Shown here piece by piece: positions 10,090-18,633 of a DNA stretch of 64,000 bases. Made by a program: the position numbers and the translations under genes. How positions within the stretch are numbered: position 1 is the stretch's first letter; every line of letters starts with the position of its first letter. Origin of the DNA: an uncultured Candidatus Saccharibacteria bacterium (GTDB lineage Bacteria; Patescibacteriota; Minisyncoccia; Phycocordibacterales; XYD1-FULL-46-19); contig CAYHFD010000001.1 in NCBI GenBank assembly GCA_964355855.1, positions 9,921 to 73,920 on the forward strand, given 5' to 3'. The notes below the pieces were generated by a model that searched no databases, was not told where the DNA came from, and saw only the letters and a list, made by a program, of their open reading frames with translations.

Positions 10090-10614
10090 TTACCTTAATT
10101 CGTAAGTATTAAATTCAATCGGGCACTCTCCAAGTTCTCTACGGAGACAGTTGATAAATTTACTCTGAGCTTGAGTAAATTTATCAAGACTTTCTGTCCT
10201 ATTCTGCTTGATATGATTTATGAGCATTTCTATCATTATTTTAAGCTCTTCGTAAGCAAAAGATGAAATGAAAAGACTTGAACCTAAATAGGTATCTTGA
10301 AATTGACTGATTAGTCTCTTTTTTTCATCTTCATTTAAATTTTTTTCTAATATAAAAACCCTAATAGCTTTCAATAATTCCCAATATTGTTCTAATTTTT
10401 TATCGTATCGTTTACGTTGCATCTCTAAATAGTGAGTACAAAAATAACCAAAAACGATCGTCGTACCCGCCATTGACGCACTTAAAATATCCATACTTAC
10501 ATCCAATCGATAGAAAATGATAAAAAAGATTAGCTCAAAAGAAATCCAAATCACAAAGGACCATATTAATCCCCTCGTTGTTCTTGGAAAAATTTGGTAG
10601 GCAATAATATTCAT
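10090..10614 (-). CDS. hypothetical membrane protein (very AT-rich gene)
   Basis: N-terminal TM helices, no recognised domain. Confidence 0.35.
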   Translation of the reverse strand: MNIIAYQIFPRTTRGLIWSFVIWISFELIFFIIFYRLDVSMDILSASMAGTTIVFGYFCTHYLEMQRKRYDKKLEQYWELLKAIRVFILEKNLNEDEKKRLISQFQDTYLGSSLFISSFAYEELKIMIEMLINHIKQNRTESLDKFTQAQSKFINCLRRELGECPIEFNTYELR

Positions 10615-10637
10615 AAATCGTTTCTATTGGTGTTTAA

Positions 10638-11537
10638 TCAGTATGTATGCATAATATTCCAAATATTTTGCACAAGACCTTGTGTTTCGTAATTACCAAC
10701 AGTAAGCCATGTCGGTACTCCTAAAACACATAACCCATTTTCCCCTTTAGATAATGCAATCCCCCCAGAGTTTCCACTGTCAACTTTCGCTGATATAAAA
10801 TAGTTAGAGTCCGGCAAAGAAGGCTCTGCCCCTTCATAGCCACTGATAATACCATTTGTCACTATTTGTGTAATAGCACTTCGTTGCGCGTAGGCGGGGT
10901 AACCAATAATTACTACAGGAGATCCTGTACTTATTGAAGTATCACACTTTTGTAGTGTGGACATGGAATAATTTAATTTAGTTTTATCGGTGTTATTACT
11001 GTCCAGGAGTGGAAGAAGAGCAATATCAGTATAATTATTCCATCTTTTAGATTGAGATGGAAAAACGTAATATATCCCTGGTGGACCACCATTTATATTA
11101 AAAGCTGGAATTTCACAGTATCCAGTTGAATATGTAGATCTTTCTACCACATGCTGGTTGGTCAATACAAAATACTCACTTCCAATCTTCCATAAAGTGC
11201 CTGAACCAAAAGAATCACCGCAATCAACTTGTACTATGCCGTATAAATATGGGGTTAATTCACTTGAAGTAATTGCAACAGAAATTTTCTGTATCTGAAC
11301 TTTCTCTTCTAAAACTTCGGATATCCTTTCCTGTTTCTCTGTCTTTTGTTTGAGTGATTCAATTTCTAACTTTGCTTCGTCTAGCATTTTTTGTGTCTTT
11401 TCCTCTTTTTTAAATCTTTCTATTTGATAATTTTTATATTGTTTATAGCCAAAATAACCGATATTGGCTAAAACAGTAAAGCTAAGAATGATCGAGATAA
11501 ATATTAGTATTTGTCTATATTTTATTTGTTTCTTCAT
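10638..11537 (-). CDS. membrane-anchored trypsin-like serine protease
   Basis: N-terminal TM + coiled coil; GSGTLWKIG..FVLTNQHVV (His), DIALLPL (Asp), DSGNSGG (Ser) catalytic-triad contexts. Confidence 0.6.
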   Translation of the reverse strand: MKKQIKYRQILIFISIILSFTVLANIGYFGYKQYKNYQIERFKKEEKTQKMLDEAKLEIESLKQKTEKQERISEVLEEKVQIQKISVAITSSELTPYLYGIVQVDCGDSFGSGTLWKIGSEYFVLTNQHVVERSTYSTGYCEIPAFNINGGPPGIYYVFPSQSKRWNNYTDIALLPLLDSNNTDKTKLNYSMSTLQKCDTSISTGSPVVIIGYPAYAQRSAITQIVTNGIISGYEGAEPSLPDSNYFISAKVDSGNSGGIALSKGENGLCVLGVPTWLTVGNYETQGLVQNIWNIMHTY

Positions 11538-11712
11538 TTTTTTAAAAATAGTCCAAAATTATTATTAGAAGTATAATATATCACAAGAAAAATTAAAGTA
11601 GGAGTAAAAACTATCCTATATTGAATACTTTGCTATTCCTCGACTGTGCTTTGGCCCCTCGAGCTAATTAAATTAGGCCTGGGTTTCCATTGGTTGAACC
11701 TATATATTAAAA

Positions 11713-12825
11713 TTACCTCCCCTTCCAACCAACGGCTTCTTGGATATTTTTATAGCCATTTTGACGTAAAATTTTAGCCAAACCCAAATTAATCTCGCTC
11801 ACCAGCTGGGGGCCCTCAAACACCAGACCAGTAATAAGTTGCACCAGCGAGGCCCCAAAACCAATTTTATGATAAGCATCAGTGGCCGAAAAAATACCAC
11901 CGCAACCAATTATTACATATTTACCTTGCGTTTTTTTATACACTTGGCTAATCGCTCGGTCAGCTAGCTCCGCCACCACTTTACCACTCATCCCACCAGT
12001 CGGTGGCACATTCAGGTCATGCACCCAAACATTATTTCTATCTTTCGTCAAATTGGCCACAATAAAGCCGGCGATGGGATAGCGGGTCGCCACCGCCACC
12101 ACGCCGTCAATAATGGCCGGTGTCATATCGGGACTAATTTTGATAAACACCGGTTTGGTGGTCGGGATGGTAAACAATCGTTTTAGAAGCTCATCAAGCG
12201 CCACTGGGTCCCAAAACAGGCGATCATTGGTTTGGTTGGGACAGCTAATATTGATGGTAAAATAGTCCCCCGTGTCGGCCAAAGTGCTAAAAGACTGAGC
12301 AAAATCCGCAACCGCCGTAGCCACGGTTGAGGTAGAGCTATCATTGGTGAAAGCCAGATTGGTACCAACGGGAATGGTATTTTTTTTGATTCTTTGTTTA
12401 ATCACCTCCACCCCGTCATTTTTAAGACCAAAATTTACTACCAGCCCTTTCGACTGGGGCAAGCGCCACAAATGCCGACCCGGGTTACCCTGGCTCGGCT
12501 TGGCGGTGATCGAGCCCACTTCCGTAAAACCAAAACCAACCGCTGGTAAGAAATTTAAAAGCTGACCATTTTTATCAAACCCACCGGCGAGCCCCACCGG
12601 ATTTTTGAAATATAAATTACCAATTTGTTGTCCAAGGATTGGGTCGGAATAGGAAAACAGCAATCGCCCTAAAAATCGCGTCACGCCAAATTTACCCAGC
12701 CAGTGTCCAATCATCACCGTCTGGTCGTGGACAAATTCCGGGTCAAAACAAAACAAGATGGGCTTGATTAAGTAAACATACCCAAAATGTAAAATCTGAT
12801 TGCGAAGGTAAATTAAGGTGGTCAT
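11713..12825 (-). CDS. pyrD: dihydroorotate dehydrogenase (quinone, class 2)
   Basis: GLAGGFDKNG, GFGFTEVGSIT, NFGLKNDG, IISCPN motifs; N-terminal membrane-association extension. Confidence 0.85.
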   Translation of the reverse strand: MTTLIYLRNQILHFGYVYLIKPILFCFDPEFVHDQTVMIGHWLGKFGVTRFLGRLLFSYSDPILGQQIGNLYFKNPVGLAGGFDKNGQLLNFLPAVGFGFTEVGSITAKPSQGNPGRHLWRLPQSKGLVVNFGLKNDGVEVIKQRIKKNTIPVGTNLAFTNDSSTSTVATAVADFAQSFSTLADTGDYFTINISCPNQTNDRLFWDPVALDELLKRLFTIPTTKPVFIKISPDMTPAIIDGVVAVATRYPIAGFIVANLTKDRNNVWVHDLNVPPTGGMSGKVVAELADRAISQVYKKTQGKYVIIGCGGIFSATDAYHKIGFGASLVQLITGLVFEGPQLVSEINLGLAKILRQNGYKNIQEAVGWKGR

Positions 12826-12974
12826 ATTTTTTTTATTTCTGTTTAAGGGTATTAATAGGTCGGACCTTGGATTCTTTAGCAGATAATGCGGCCAAGGGGG
12901 ATAACTTTGACTTTTTATATAAAGGGGATATACTTATTTTGTCTTAGGGTTTTACCATAAACTTTAAGGGTATT

Positions 12975-13012
12975 ACATCCAAGGGTAGCCCTCCGCAAGG
13001 AGGGCTATTTTG
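12975..13012 (+). terminator. plus-strand intrinsic terminator with no annotated upstream plus-strand gene
   Basis: GGGTAGCCCTCC-GCAA-GGAGGGCTA followed by TTTTGTTTTT. Confidence 0.45.
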
Positions 13013-13015
13013 TTT

Positions 13016-13588
13016 TTACGACTTATCCTCTTTATGTTTAAGATCTCTACCCCACACATCTTCCTTCATGTTTAATACATCGAAGTATCCATCACCTCCT
13101 GTTTTTAACTCATGCGACACATTGTTTTTAGAAGAAAAAATAAAAACCTTTTTACCACCATTACGCAAATAATTGACTAAGGCCAGAAAATCAGAATCAC
13201 CGGTAAAAAGAATTACTGTATCATATTTTTTACAAAAATGAATAGCGTCTATAGTCATTTCCACGTCCATATTGCCTTTTTCTTGTATTGAATCACCTAG
13301 ATCACTATGTTGAATTATTCTTTTAAGCTCCTTTTTACGTACTGTAAATCCCAACCCTTTCTTAAGATAGGTAAAAAACTTATGCTTTCCATCTTGACTT
13401 TGTTCCCGAGTTCCTTCTTTTGGATAGGCCGTGTAATAAAATATCTGAAGTTCTGAAGCATTAAATTTTAATTTTAAAAAATACTTTAATTTTTCATAGT
13501 CAAACATCCTACCTTTTGCCTTTTGGGCTTCCCATAGGTTAGAGGCATCAATAAATGCAAATACAATTTTTTCAACTTCTTTAGACAT
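13016..13588 (-). CDS. NYN-domain (LabA/DUF88-like) protein
   Basis: IVFAFIDASNLW ... VILFTGDSDFLALVNYLRNGGKKVFIFS, characteristic of NYN ribonuclease-like fold. Confidence 0.65.
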   Translation of the reverse strand: MSKEVEKIVFAFIDASNLWEAQKAKGRMFDYEKLKYFLKLKFNASELQIFYYTAYPKEGTREQSQDGKHKFFTYLKKGLGFTVRKKELKRIIQHSDLGDSIQEKGNMDVEMTIDAIHFCKKYDTVILFTGDSDFLALVNYLRNGGKKVFIFSSKNNVSHELKTGGDGYFDVLNMKEDVWGRDLKHKEDKS

Positions 13589-13633
13589 AATATATATTTT
13601 ACATTAATCCTCCCTTTTCTGTTTGGGTAATCC

Positions 13634-13681
13634 CCAAGGACCGTCCTTGGAAAAATTTTGATGTGGTGTAATTTTGCTTGG
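13634..13681. repeat. left inverted repeat (IR-A) of ~5 kb island
   Basis: CCAAGGACCGTCCTTGGAAAAATTTTGATGTGGTGTAATTTTGCTTGG matches reverse complement of 18631-18678 with about 5 mismatches. Confidence 0.8.
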
Positions 13682-13835
13682 CGGGCTACTCGAGTTAAAT
13701 ACCCCTAAGGCAAGGTGCCACAAGGGTATTCTAGCACTAATCAGCCCTCCTTTTCGAGACCTCAGAGTCGGGACTATAATATTGTAAATCCGATACTTAA
13801 AAAGATTCCTCTTGATACGCCACCCCTTATTGCGA

Positions 13836-14618
13836 TTAATTCGTTAATTCATTCCAATACTCAATTAATTCCTGTTCGTTAGTTCTGGATCGATCTTTGG
13901 TTTGGGGCAAGACATCACCTTTATTCCACAGCTGATAACCGACAGAAAATACGAGATTAACAAGTCGAACATAAGCATTAAACCTATCCTTTAAATTGTC
14001 CGCCTTAGTATACCAGGCGAAAGCACCATAGAAATCAACGTCATTTTCCTTCAGATATTTGATAGCTGTTTTCTCCCCTCTCCATAAAATATCTCTGAAG
14101 ACAAAATAGCCAGTGAATACTTCCGAAACACTATAGAGTAGCCGCACTTCAAGCGCGTCGTGATATATTGGATCGCCCGACTCAAAGTAGCGATCATTGG
14201 CGACAAAGTTATAATTGATTTTTTGCCAAAGCAAATCCTTTTCTGATTGCGGTATGACAATCTTTTTATTTAGCTCCGTAATTTTTTCTTTCAACCTACT
14301 TAACTTACCCGATTTATCAAACTGGATTACCGACTTTGTCAGCCAGTTCACAAATATCGCGTCCATGGCATGGCCAGGAAATTCCTTGCTCGTCTCTATT
14401 CGCTTGAGGTCGTCATGATCGAAAAAATAAATATCGGCAAATTTATCATCAATCCAAGTATAAAGAGACACCAATTCATGTTTGTGCTTATTGAGAATTA
14501 TAACGAGGTCTATGTCACTATATGATTTGTTTTTTTCATCCTGAGATCCTGTGAGGAATACTACATCCACATTTTCATGCGATTTAAGCTTTTTAATTAT
14601 ATGGGCTAAGGTTGTCAT
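13836..14618 (-). CDS. Pol-beta superfamily nucleotidyltransferase with C-terminal helical domain (KNTase/LinB-like architecture)
   Basis: LTGSQDEKNKSYSDIDLVII = GS...DxD nucleotidyltransferase motif; ~260 aa. Confidence 0.55.
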   Translation of the reverse strand: MTTLAHIIKKLKSHENVDVVFLTGSQDEKNKSYSDIDLVIILNKHKHELVSLYTWIDDKFADIYFFDHDDLKRIETSKEFPGHAMDAIFVNWLTKSVIQFDKSGKLSRLKEKITELNKKIVIPQSEKDLLWQKINYNFVANDRYFESGDPIYHDALEVRLLYSVSEVFTGYFVFRDILWRGEKTAIKYLKENDVDFYGAFAWYTKADNLKDRFNAYVRLVNLVFSVGYQLWNKGDVLPQTKDRSRTNEQELIEYWNELTN

Positions 14619-14718
14619 AAATTTAGGTAATTACTTATGTATTACTTTAGCAAAATCCAAGATAGATAAAAGAGTTTCCTTTATGCTTATTTTCATAATT
14701 TTATCACTTTTTTTCTTA

Positions 14719-14874
14719 TCAAAAATAGTCTTTTAGTTCCACGGCATCGTCTTCATCAAGACCTTCTTCATCCATAATTTCTTTAACCTGCTCGGCTTCT
14801 TCCATATCTAAGCCGTGATTTTGAGCGATTTCGGCAATGGCTTTAATTTCATCTGGGTCTTTATCTTCAAGCAT
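14719..14874 (-). CDS. small acidic protein (51 aa), hypothetical
   Basis: Hand-translated: MLEDKDPDEIKAIAEIAQNHGLDMEEAEQVKEIMDEEGLDEDDAVELKDYF; below ORF-track size cut-off. Confidence 0.25.
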   Translation of the reverse strand: MLEDKDPDEIKAIAEIAQNHGLDMEEAEQVKEIMDEEGLDEDDAVELKDYF

Positions 14875-14951
14875 GGTTATATTGTATATAGAACCAATAG
14901 TAAATCAAATTTGTAATAAATAGATCGGACCTATAATAATTCTTAAATGGC

Positions 14952-15927
14952 GGCTGACCTGCTCCGTAGAAAACACCTAACCCCAGACAATGGTTACATT
15001 GTGGACGAACAATCGAAGCATCATCTCACGACACTGCGACCAATATGACCGGGCTCGCAAGAACAAACCAAGATTGCTTTAATCATTGAGTTCACTGTTT
15101 CCCCTTGCCACCGCTGGCCGTAAAGAACCTTGTTGAAATGAGTGGCCATAATTTTCCGCCACTTGCCACTTGGAAGTTTGTCAGTTCGTCTGCCAATCCT
15201 CGGTGGGATAATTGTCCGAATGTTTTTCTCGCGAGCAAAGACATGTGAATGTTCGCTGTCATAACCAGCATCAGCCGTTAGGATCTTTAGGTGAACATTT
15301 TTTTCGGCTTCTTTCACTGCTTTTTCAAAATGAACAATATCAGGATATGGACCACGGGATGGCACTCCCGCTAGGACGAGATGGGTATGGCAATCAGAGA
15401 CAATACCAACCTTTGGATAGCGAGTATATGTTGTCAATTGGTACTTTTCTTCTCCTTTAGCTCTTCTTTTCACAAAATAAGTACTAATATGGTGCGATTC
15501 GAAGCCGGTGCCATCAATAGCCGAGAGTTGGATATTTTTTTGCATAATTTTTCTCTGAACCGCAAGAGCGAGAATTTCTTTAATGAGTTTGTCTAAGGTA
15601 TCTTTTTTGGTTAGCCGATAGGCGGCTTTTTGGAGGGTGGTGAAGTGTGGAATTTCGTTTAATTCGAGTATTTTCCTTAGATCGCTGGAGTCCTGCAATA
15701 TTTCTTCGATTCCGCGATAATCAGTAGTAAAAAATTCTTTCAGCACTAAGCAGGCGACTAGTTGATGTTGAGTAAACTTCTTGGGACTTTTGAGATGCCG
15801 AAATGGTGGTAATGCTCGCTTGGCGGTGGCGTAGGCAACCACCGCAATAGCGTTAGGTGATTTTGATGTTTTTATTACCCAAAGTATATCATGGGCTGTC
15901 TATGTTTTCTACGGAGCAGGGCTGACC
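14952..15927 (-). mobile_element. IS4/IS5-like insertion sequence with 17-bp terminal IRs and 8-bp target-site duplication
   Basis: CTGCTCCGTAGAAAACA at 14960-14976 and its reverse complement at 15903-15919, each flanked by direct GGCTGACC (14952-14959; 15920-15927). Confidence 0.75.
15021..15842 (-). CDS. DDE transposase (IS4/IS5-like)
   Basis: IDGTGFESHH ... ILTADAGYDSEHSHVFAREKNIRTIIPP catalytic DDE context. Confidence 0.85.
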   Translation of the reverse strand: MVAYATAKRALPPFRHLKSPKKFTQHQLVACLVLKEFFTTDYRGIEEILQDSSDLRKILELNEIPHFTTLQKAAYRLTKKDTLDKLIKEILALAVQRKIMQKNIQLSAIDGTGFESHHISTYFVKRRAKGEEKYQLTTYTRYPKVGIVSDCHTHLVLAGVPSRGPYPDIVHFEKAVKEAEKNVHLKILTADAGYDSEHSHVFAREKNIRTIIPPRIGRRTDKLPSGKWRKIMATHFNKVLYGQRWQGETVNSMIKAILVCSCEPGHIGRSVVR

Positions 15928-15987
15928 CAATTTCTGAAATAGTGGCTGATTTCATTATCTACCACATTATCCATTTCTAGAAGCTGA

Positions 15988-16191
15988 TTACATCCCTGAC
16001 CACTCCTTTTCACACTGTGCGCAACGATTATTGCCAGTATGTTCAAAAATATCAGTAAACTTGTTTGGCTGATATATTTTTTCATCTTCATTCCAGAAAA
16101 ATTCGTCATCTATAATTGTTTCTACTAACTTGCGTTCACAACCACAAAATTGACAAGAATGTTTTGGAAAAATTATGATTTCTTCATCCAT
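15988..16191 (-). CDS. small zinc-ribbon protein (CxxC...CxxC)
   Basis: CQFCGCERK ... CAQCEKEW. Confidence 0.4.
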   Translation of the reverse strand: MDEEIIIFPKHSCQFCGCERKLVETIIDDEFFWNEDEKIYQPNKFTDIFEHTGNNRCAQCEKEWSGM

Positions 16192-16226
16192 ATTCTGATC
16201 ATTGATCGAATCTAGAAGTAAGTCAA

Positions 16227-16994
16227 CTACTTTAATCGGTAGACGCCATCACCAGCGAATTCAAGATAGCCCTTATCTCTCAAGAATTGTAATTGCTGTC
16301 TGATTTTCGGTTTTATATTTTTGTTTTCAGGATGAATGACGGACAAATCTTGCTCAAAGACATACATGTCTTGCAGGGTAAACTCTTTTTTGTTAAGAAA
16401 ATCTATACAATTCATGATATCCAAAATCCAACCTTTTACATCAGCTTTTTTAACTTGTTTGAGAAATACTGTTTTCTGCCATTTTTCCAATACATCTTTT
16501 TTATATAGTTCTTTCCCGTTCTCAATATAAAAAATTTGTCCTGCTTTTGGTATTTTAGAAAAAAGTATGTTTGAACCGACCCAACCAGCTCGTCTAGCAC
16601 TTTCTGCGAGTGGTTTTCTTTGTTCGATAATTTCGGATACAAAAAAGTGTTTTGGTACAACAAAAAAATTATTTACATCCCACATCTCAACCATATAGCC
16701 CATGAAAAAGAAATTTGGTTTTTGAGGTGAATTAATTCTCTTTATCATCTGAGAATAAGCACCCGCAGAAACCTTTTTGCCCATCTTACCTTTTTTGGAT
16801 TTCAGTTCAAAATCTTCCGCACATTTTTTACAATAAAAATCTGCAACAGGCTTGTTGTTGTCATAATTGTAAATATCATTGCCACAGCTTGGGCAATAAA
16901 TTTCATTAAGAACCCAAGCCTCACTCAACACTCTAGCTTTTTGAGAATAACTTGTGTAATTGTTAGCTAATTTTGTGTCAAAATTTAAGTTCAT
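16227..16994 (-). CDS. DpnI-like (Dam-replacing family) methyl-directed type IIM restriction endonuclease
   Basis: Co-linear resemblance to R.DpnI as I recall it: SYSQKARVLSEAWVLNEIYCPSCGN, PVADFYCKKCAEDFELKSKKG, PNFFFMGY, KPLAESARRAGWVGSNI, C-terminal winged-helix IRQQLQFLRDKGYLEF. Confidence 0.75.
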   Translation of the reverse strand: MNLNFDTKLANNYTSYSQKARVLSEAWVLNEIYCPSCGNDIYNYDNNKPVADFYCKKCAEDFELKSKKGKMGKKVSAGAYSQMIKRINSPQKPNFFFMGYMVEMWDVNNFFVVPKHFFVSEIIEQRKPLAESARRAGWVGSNILFSKIPKAGQIFYIENGKELYKKDVLEKWQKTVFLKQVKKADVKGWILDIMNCIDFLNKKEFTLQDMYVFEQDLSVIHPENKNIKPKIRQQLQFLRDKGYLEFAGDGVYRLK

Positions 16995-16997
16995 AAA

Positions 16998-17840
16998 TTA
17001 TGCCCCCAGTTTGTCTGGTTTCTTCAAGCTCTTTTTTTCATCAGATTTTAACTTCCTCTCAATTTTTTTTATGTCTTCTTCCGCCGGTAATTTTTCAGGA
17101 GTAATTCCTCGACTCAAAAGTGTTCTTCGGACACTTCTATTGTTTGTAATATGTTCTTCGGAAATAGATTGTTCACTTCTCAAGTTTTTACTTTTTGAAT
17201 TAAAAATAGTGATCTCTGTTGCAAAATCCTTCGCTTTTAGAATTATTGTTGGTTGAAAATCAGCAAGCGCACGACCACTAGGAACACCGAGCCGATTTTT
17301 CATTTCTTGAGTTGTATACCCAAATAATGCTTTATCTCCCTTACTTCGTATGAGTGCAAAATTTTTATCACTCCCCGTTTGTTGAAAAATAACACCTGAC
17401 AACTCTTTTTCTGTCTCTGTCAATTTTTGCCGAGCGTTTAGTCTTTCAAATTCTTGTATTCGTTTCTCAATAATTTCAAATTTTCTTGTTTGCACCGCAA
17501 AGTAATTTTGAGCAAATGCAATTTCTTCTTTTCTTGGATCGCCATTTTGAGCAATTAGGTAGCAGGCATACCGAGTAAGCATGATATCTGGAACCTCCTT
17601 TTGCGCACCTTTTGGCATTTGGATCGTTTTCCCGACGTCGGCAAAATGATCATTTACACTGTGACCCGTTACCTCACAAGCAGTTTTTGCCTTTGAGATA
17701 ACAGAGATGAAATTATCCCATTTTGTATAACCCAATAACTGTTGTAAATCACGGGCAAGCCAAAATTCAACACCTTCGCTAGATCTATTGGCATAAGATT
17801 CAAAATTACTTATAAGCGATTTAATAATTTCTATTTTCAT
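16998..17840 (-). CDS. DinD-like (DNA-damage-inducible protein D family, Bro-N-like) protein
   Basis: GVEFWLARDLQQLLGY..W.NF, TRYACYLIAQNGDPRK, FAQNYFAVQTR closely parallel E. coli DinD blocks. Confidence 0.7.
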   Translation of the reverse strand: MKIEIIKSLISNFESYANRSSEGVEFWLARDLQQLLGYTKWDNFISVISKAKTACEVTGHSVNDHFADVGKTIQMPKGAQKEVPDIMLTRYACYLIAQNGDPRKEEIAFAQNYFAVQTRKFEIIEKRIQEFERLNARQKLTETEKELSGVIFQQTGSDKNFALIRSKGDKALFGYTTQEMKNRLGVPSGRALADFQPTIILKAKDFATEITIFNSKSKNLRSEQSISEEHITNNRSVRRTLLSRGITPEKLPAEEDIKKIERKLKSDEKKSLKKPDKLGA

Positions 17841-17879
17841 AAGTCTATTTTAACAATTCATAACTCAAAACACCAAGCG

Positions 17880-18113
17880 CTTTGGCAATATTGGTAATGG
17901 TCGAAAGTGTAGGTGATACATAGGTCGGACCCATGGAAATGGTGACCCTCACAGCCTGGGAAACCCCCACCCGCCATCGCAAGCTCAGGCGTTGCGGGGC
18001 AGGCACGGTTTTCCGACGAGCTTCGCTCTGCCTTCCTCCACGGGAAAACAGGTGTTTTCCCGACCCCTTTCCCCTGTAGGGTCACAGTTTTTTCACTGTG
18101 TTTTAAAAAACTG
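17880..18113 (-). ncRNA. GC-rich structured element G (homolog of 27480-27702), immediately 3' of tRNA-Glu
   Basis: GC-rich in AT-rich genome; shared blocks CCTGGGAAACCC, GGTTTTCC, CTCCACGGGA.A.CAGGTGTT.TCC with element R; 20-bp perfect inverted repeat 18074-18124 includes the tRNA 3' end. Confidence 0.4.
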
Positions 18114-18185
18114 TGACCCTACAGAGAATCGAACTCTGATTACCGCCTTGAAAAGGCGATGTCCTAACCGTTAGACGATAGGGCC
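18114..18185 (-). tRNA. tRNA-Glu (anticodon TTC)
   Basis: GGCCCTATCGTCTAACGGTTAGGACATCGCCTTTTCAAGGCGGTAATCAGAGTTCGATTCTCTGTAGGGTCA folds as cloverleaf; loop TTTTCAA. Confidence 0.85.
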
Positions 18186-18542
18186 AATATTCTATATTTT
18201 AAAACTATCTATTATATTTACCAATATTTATTAGGAACATCGCCTTTACTATTTAATGTGAAAAGGCTTACCCTATTACCTTGTAAACATCAGCAATTTC
18301 TCGTCTGTCAGCGAGAACCGGATAAAAGGTAAAGTAGTTTACCTTTTATTCCAATAACCGTTTCTTGCCCGCCGAAGCCTTGGCGAAGGTGGGGACGATA
18401 GGGCCCTAAATCCACTTTTGGCGAATCGGGCGAACAGTTTCAAAGGAACTGTTTTAGCCAAAAACCGACCAAAAACGAACACGCCTAATATAACATTTTT
18501 TTGAAAAAAGCCAAGAGTTAGGGTAGGATGTAGTAGTATCTT

Positions 18543-18633
18543 GGAAGGGTACCAAAGCGGTCATAATGGCACCGATTCGAAATCGGTTGAGGGCGTAAGT
18601 CCTACAAGGGTTCGAATCCCTTCCCTTCCGCCA
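18543..18633 (+). tRNA. tRNA-Ser (anticodon CGA), long variable arm, CCA encoded
   Basis: Acceptor GGAAGGG/CCCTTCC, anticodon stem ACCGA/TCGGT loop TTCGAAA, variable arm TGAGGGCGTAAGTCCTAC, T-arm AAGGG-TTCGAAT-CCCTT. Confidence 0.9.

Noticed and set aside
18073-18124. Interpretation of the 20-bp inverted repeat at tRNA-Glu as an integrase att site
   Set aside because: The tRNA 3' copy is inverted, not direct. It is more consistent with a hairpin of the adjacent structured element or terminator. It is kept within the tRNA-linked element finding instead.
17858-18174. ORFs 17858-18085 (-) and 17992-18174 (+)
   Set aside because: They lie within the GC-rich structured element and tRNA-Glu. They overlap each other on both strands, which is typical of structured non-coding GC-rich DNA.
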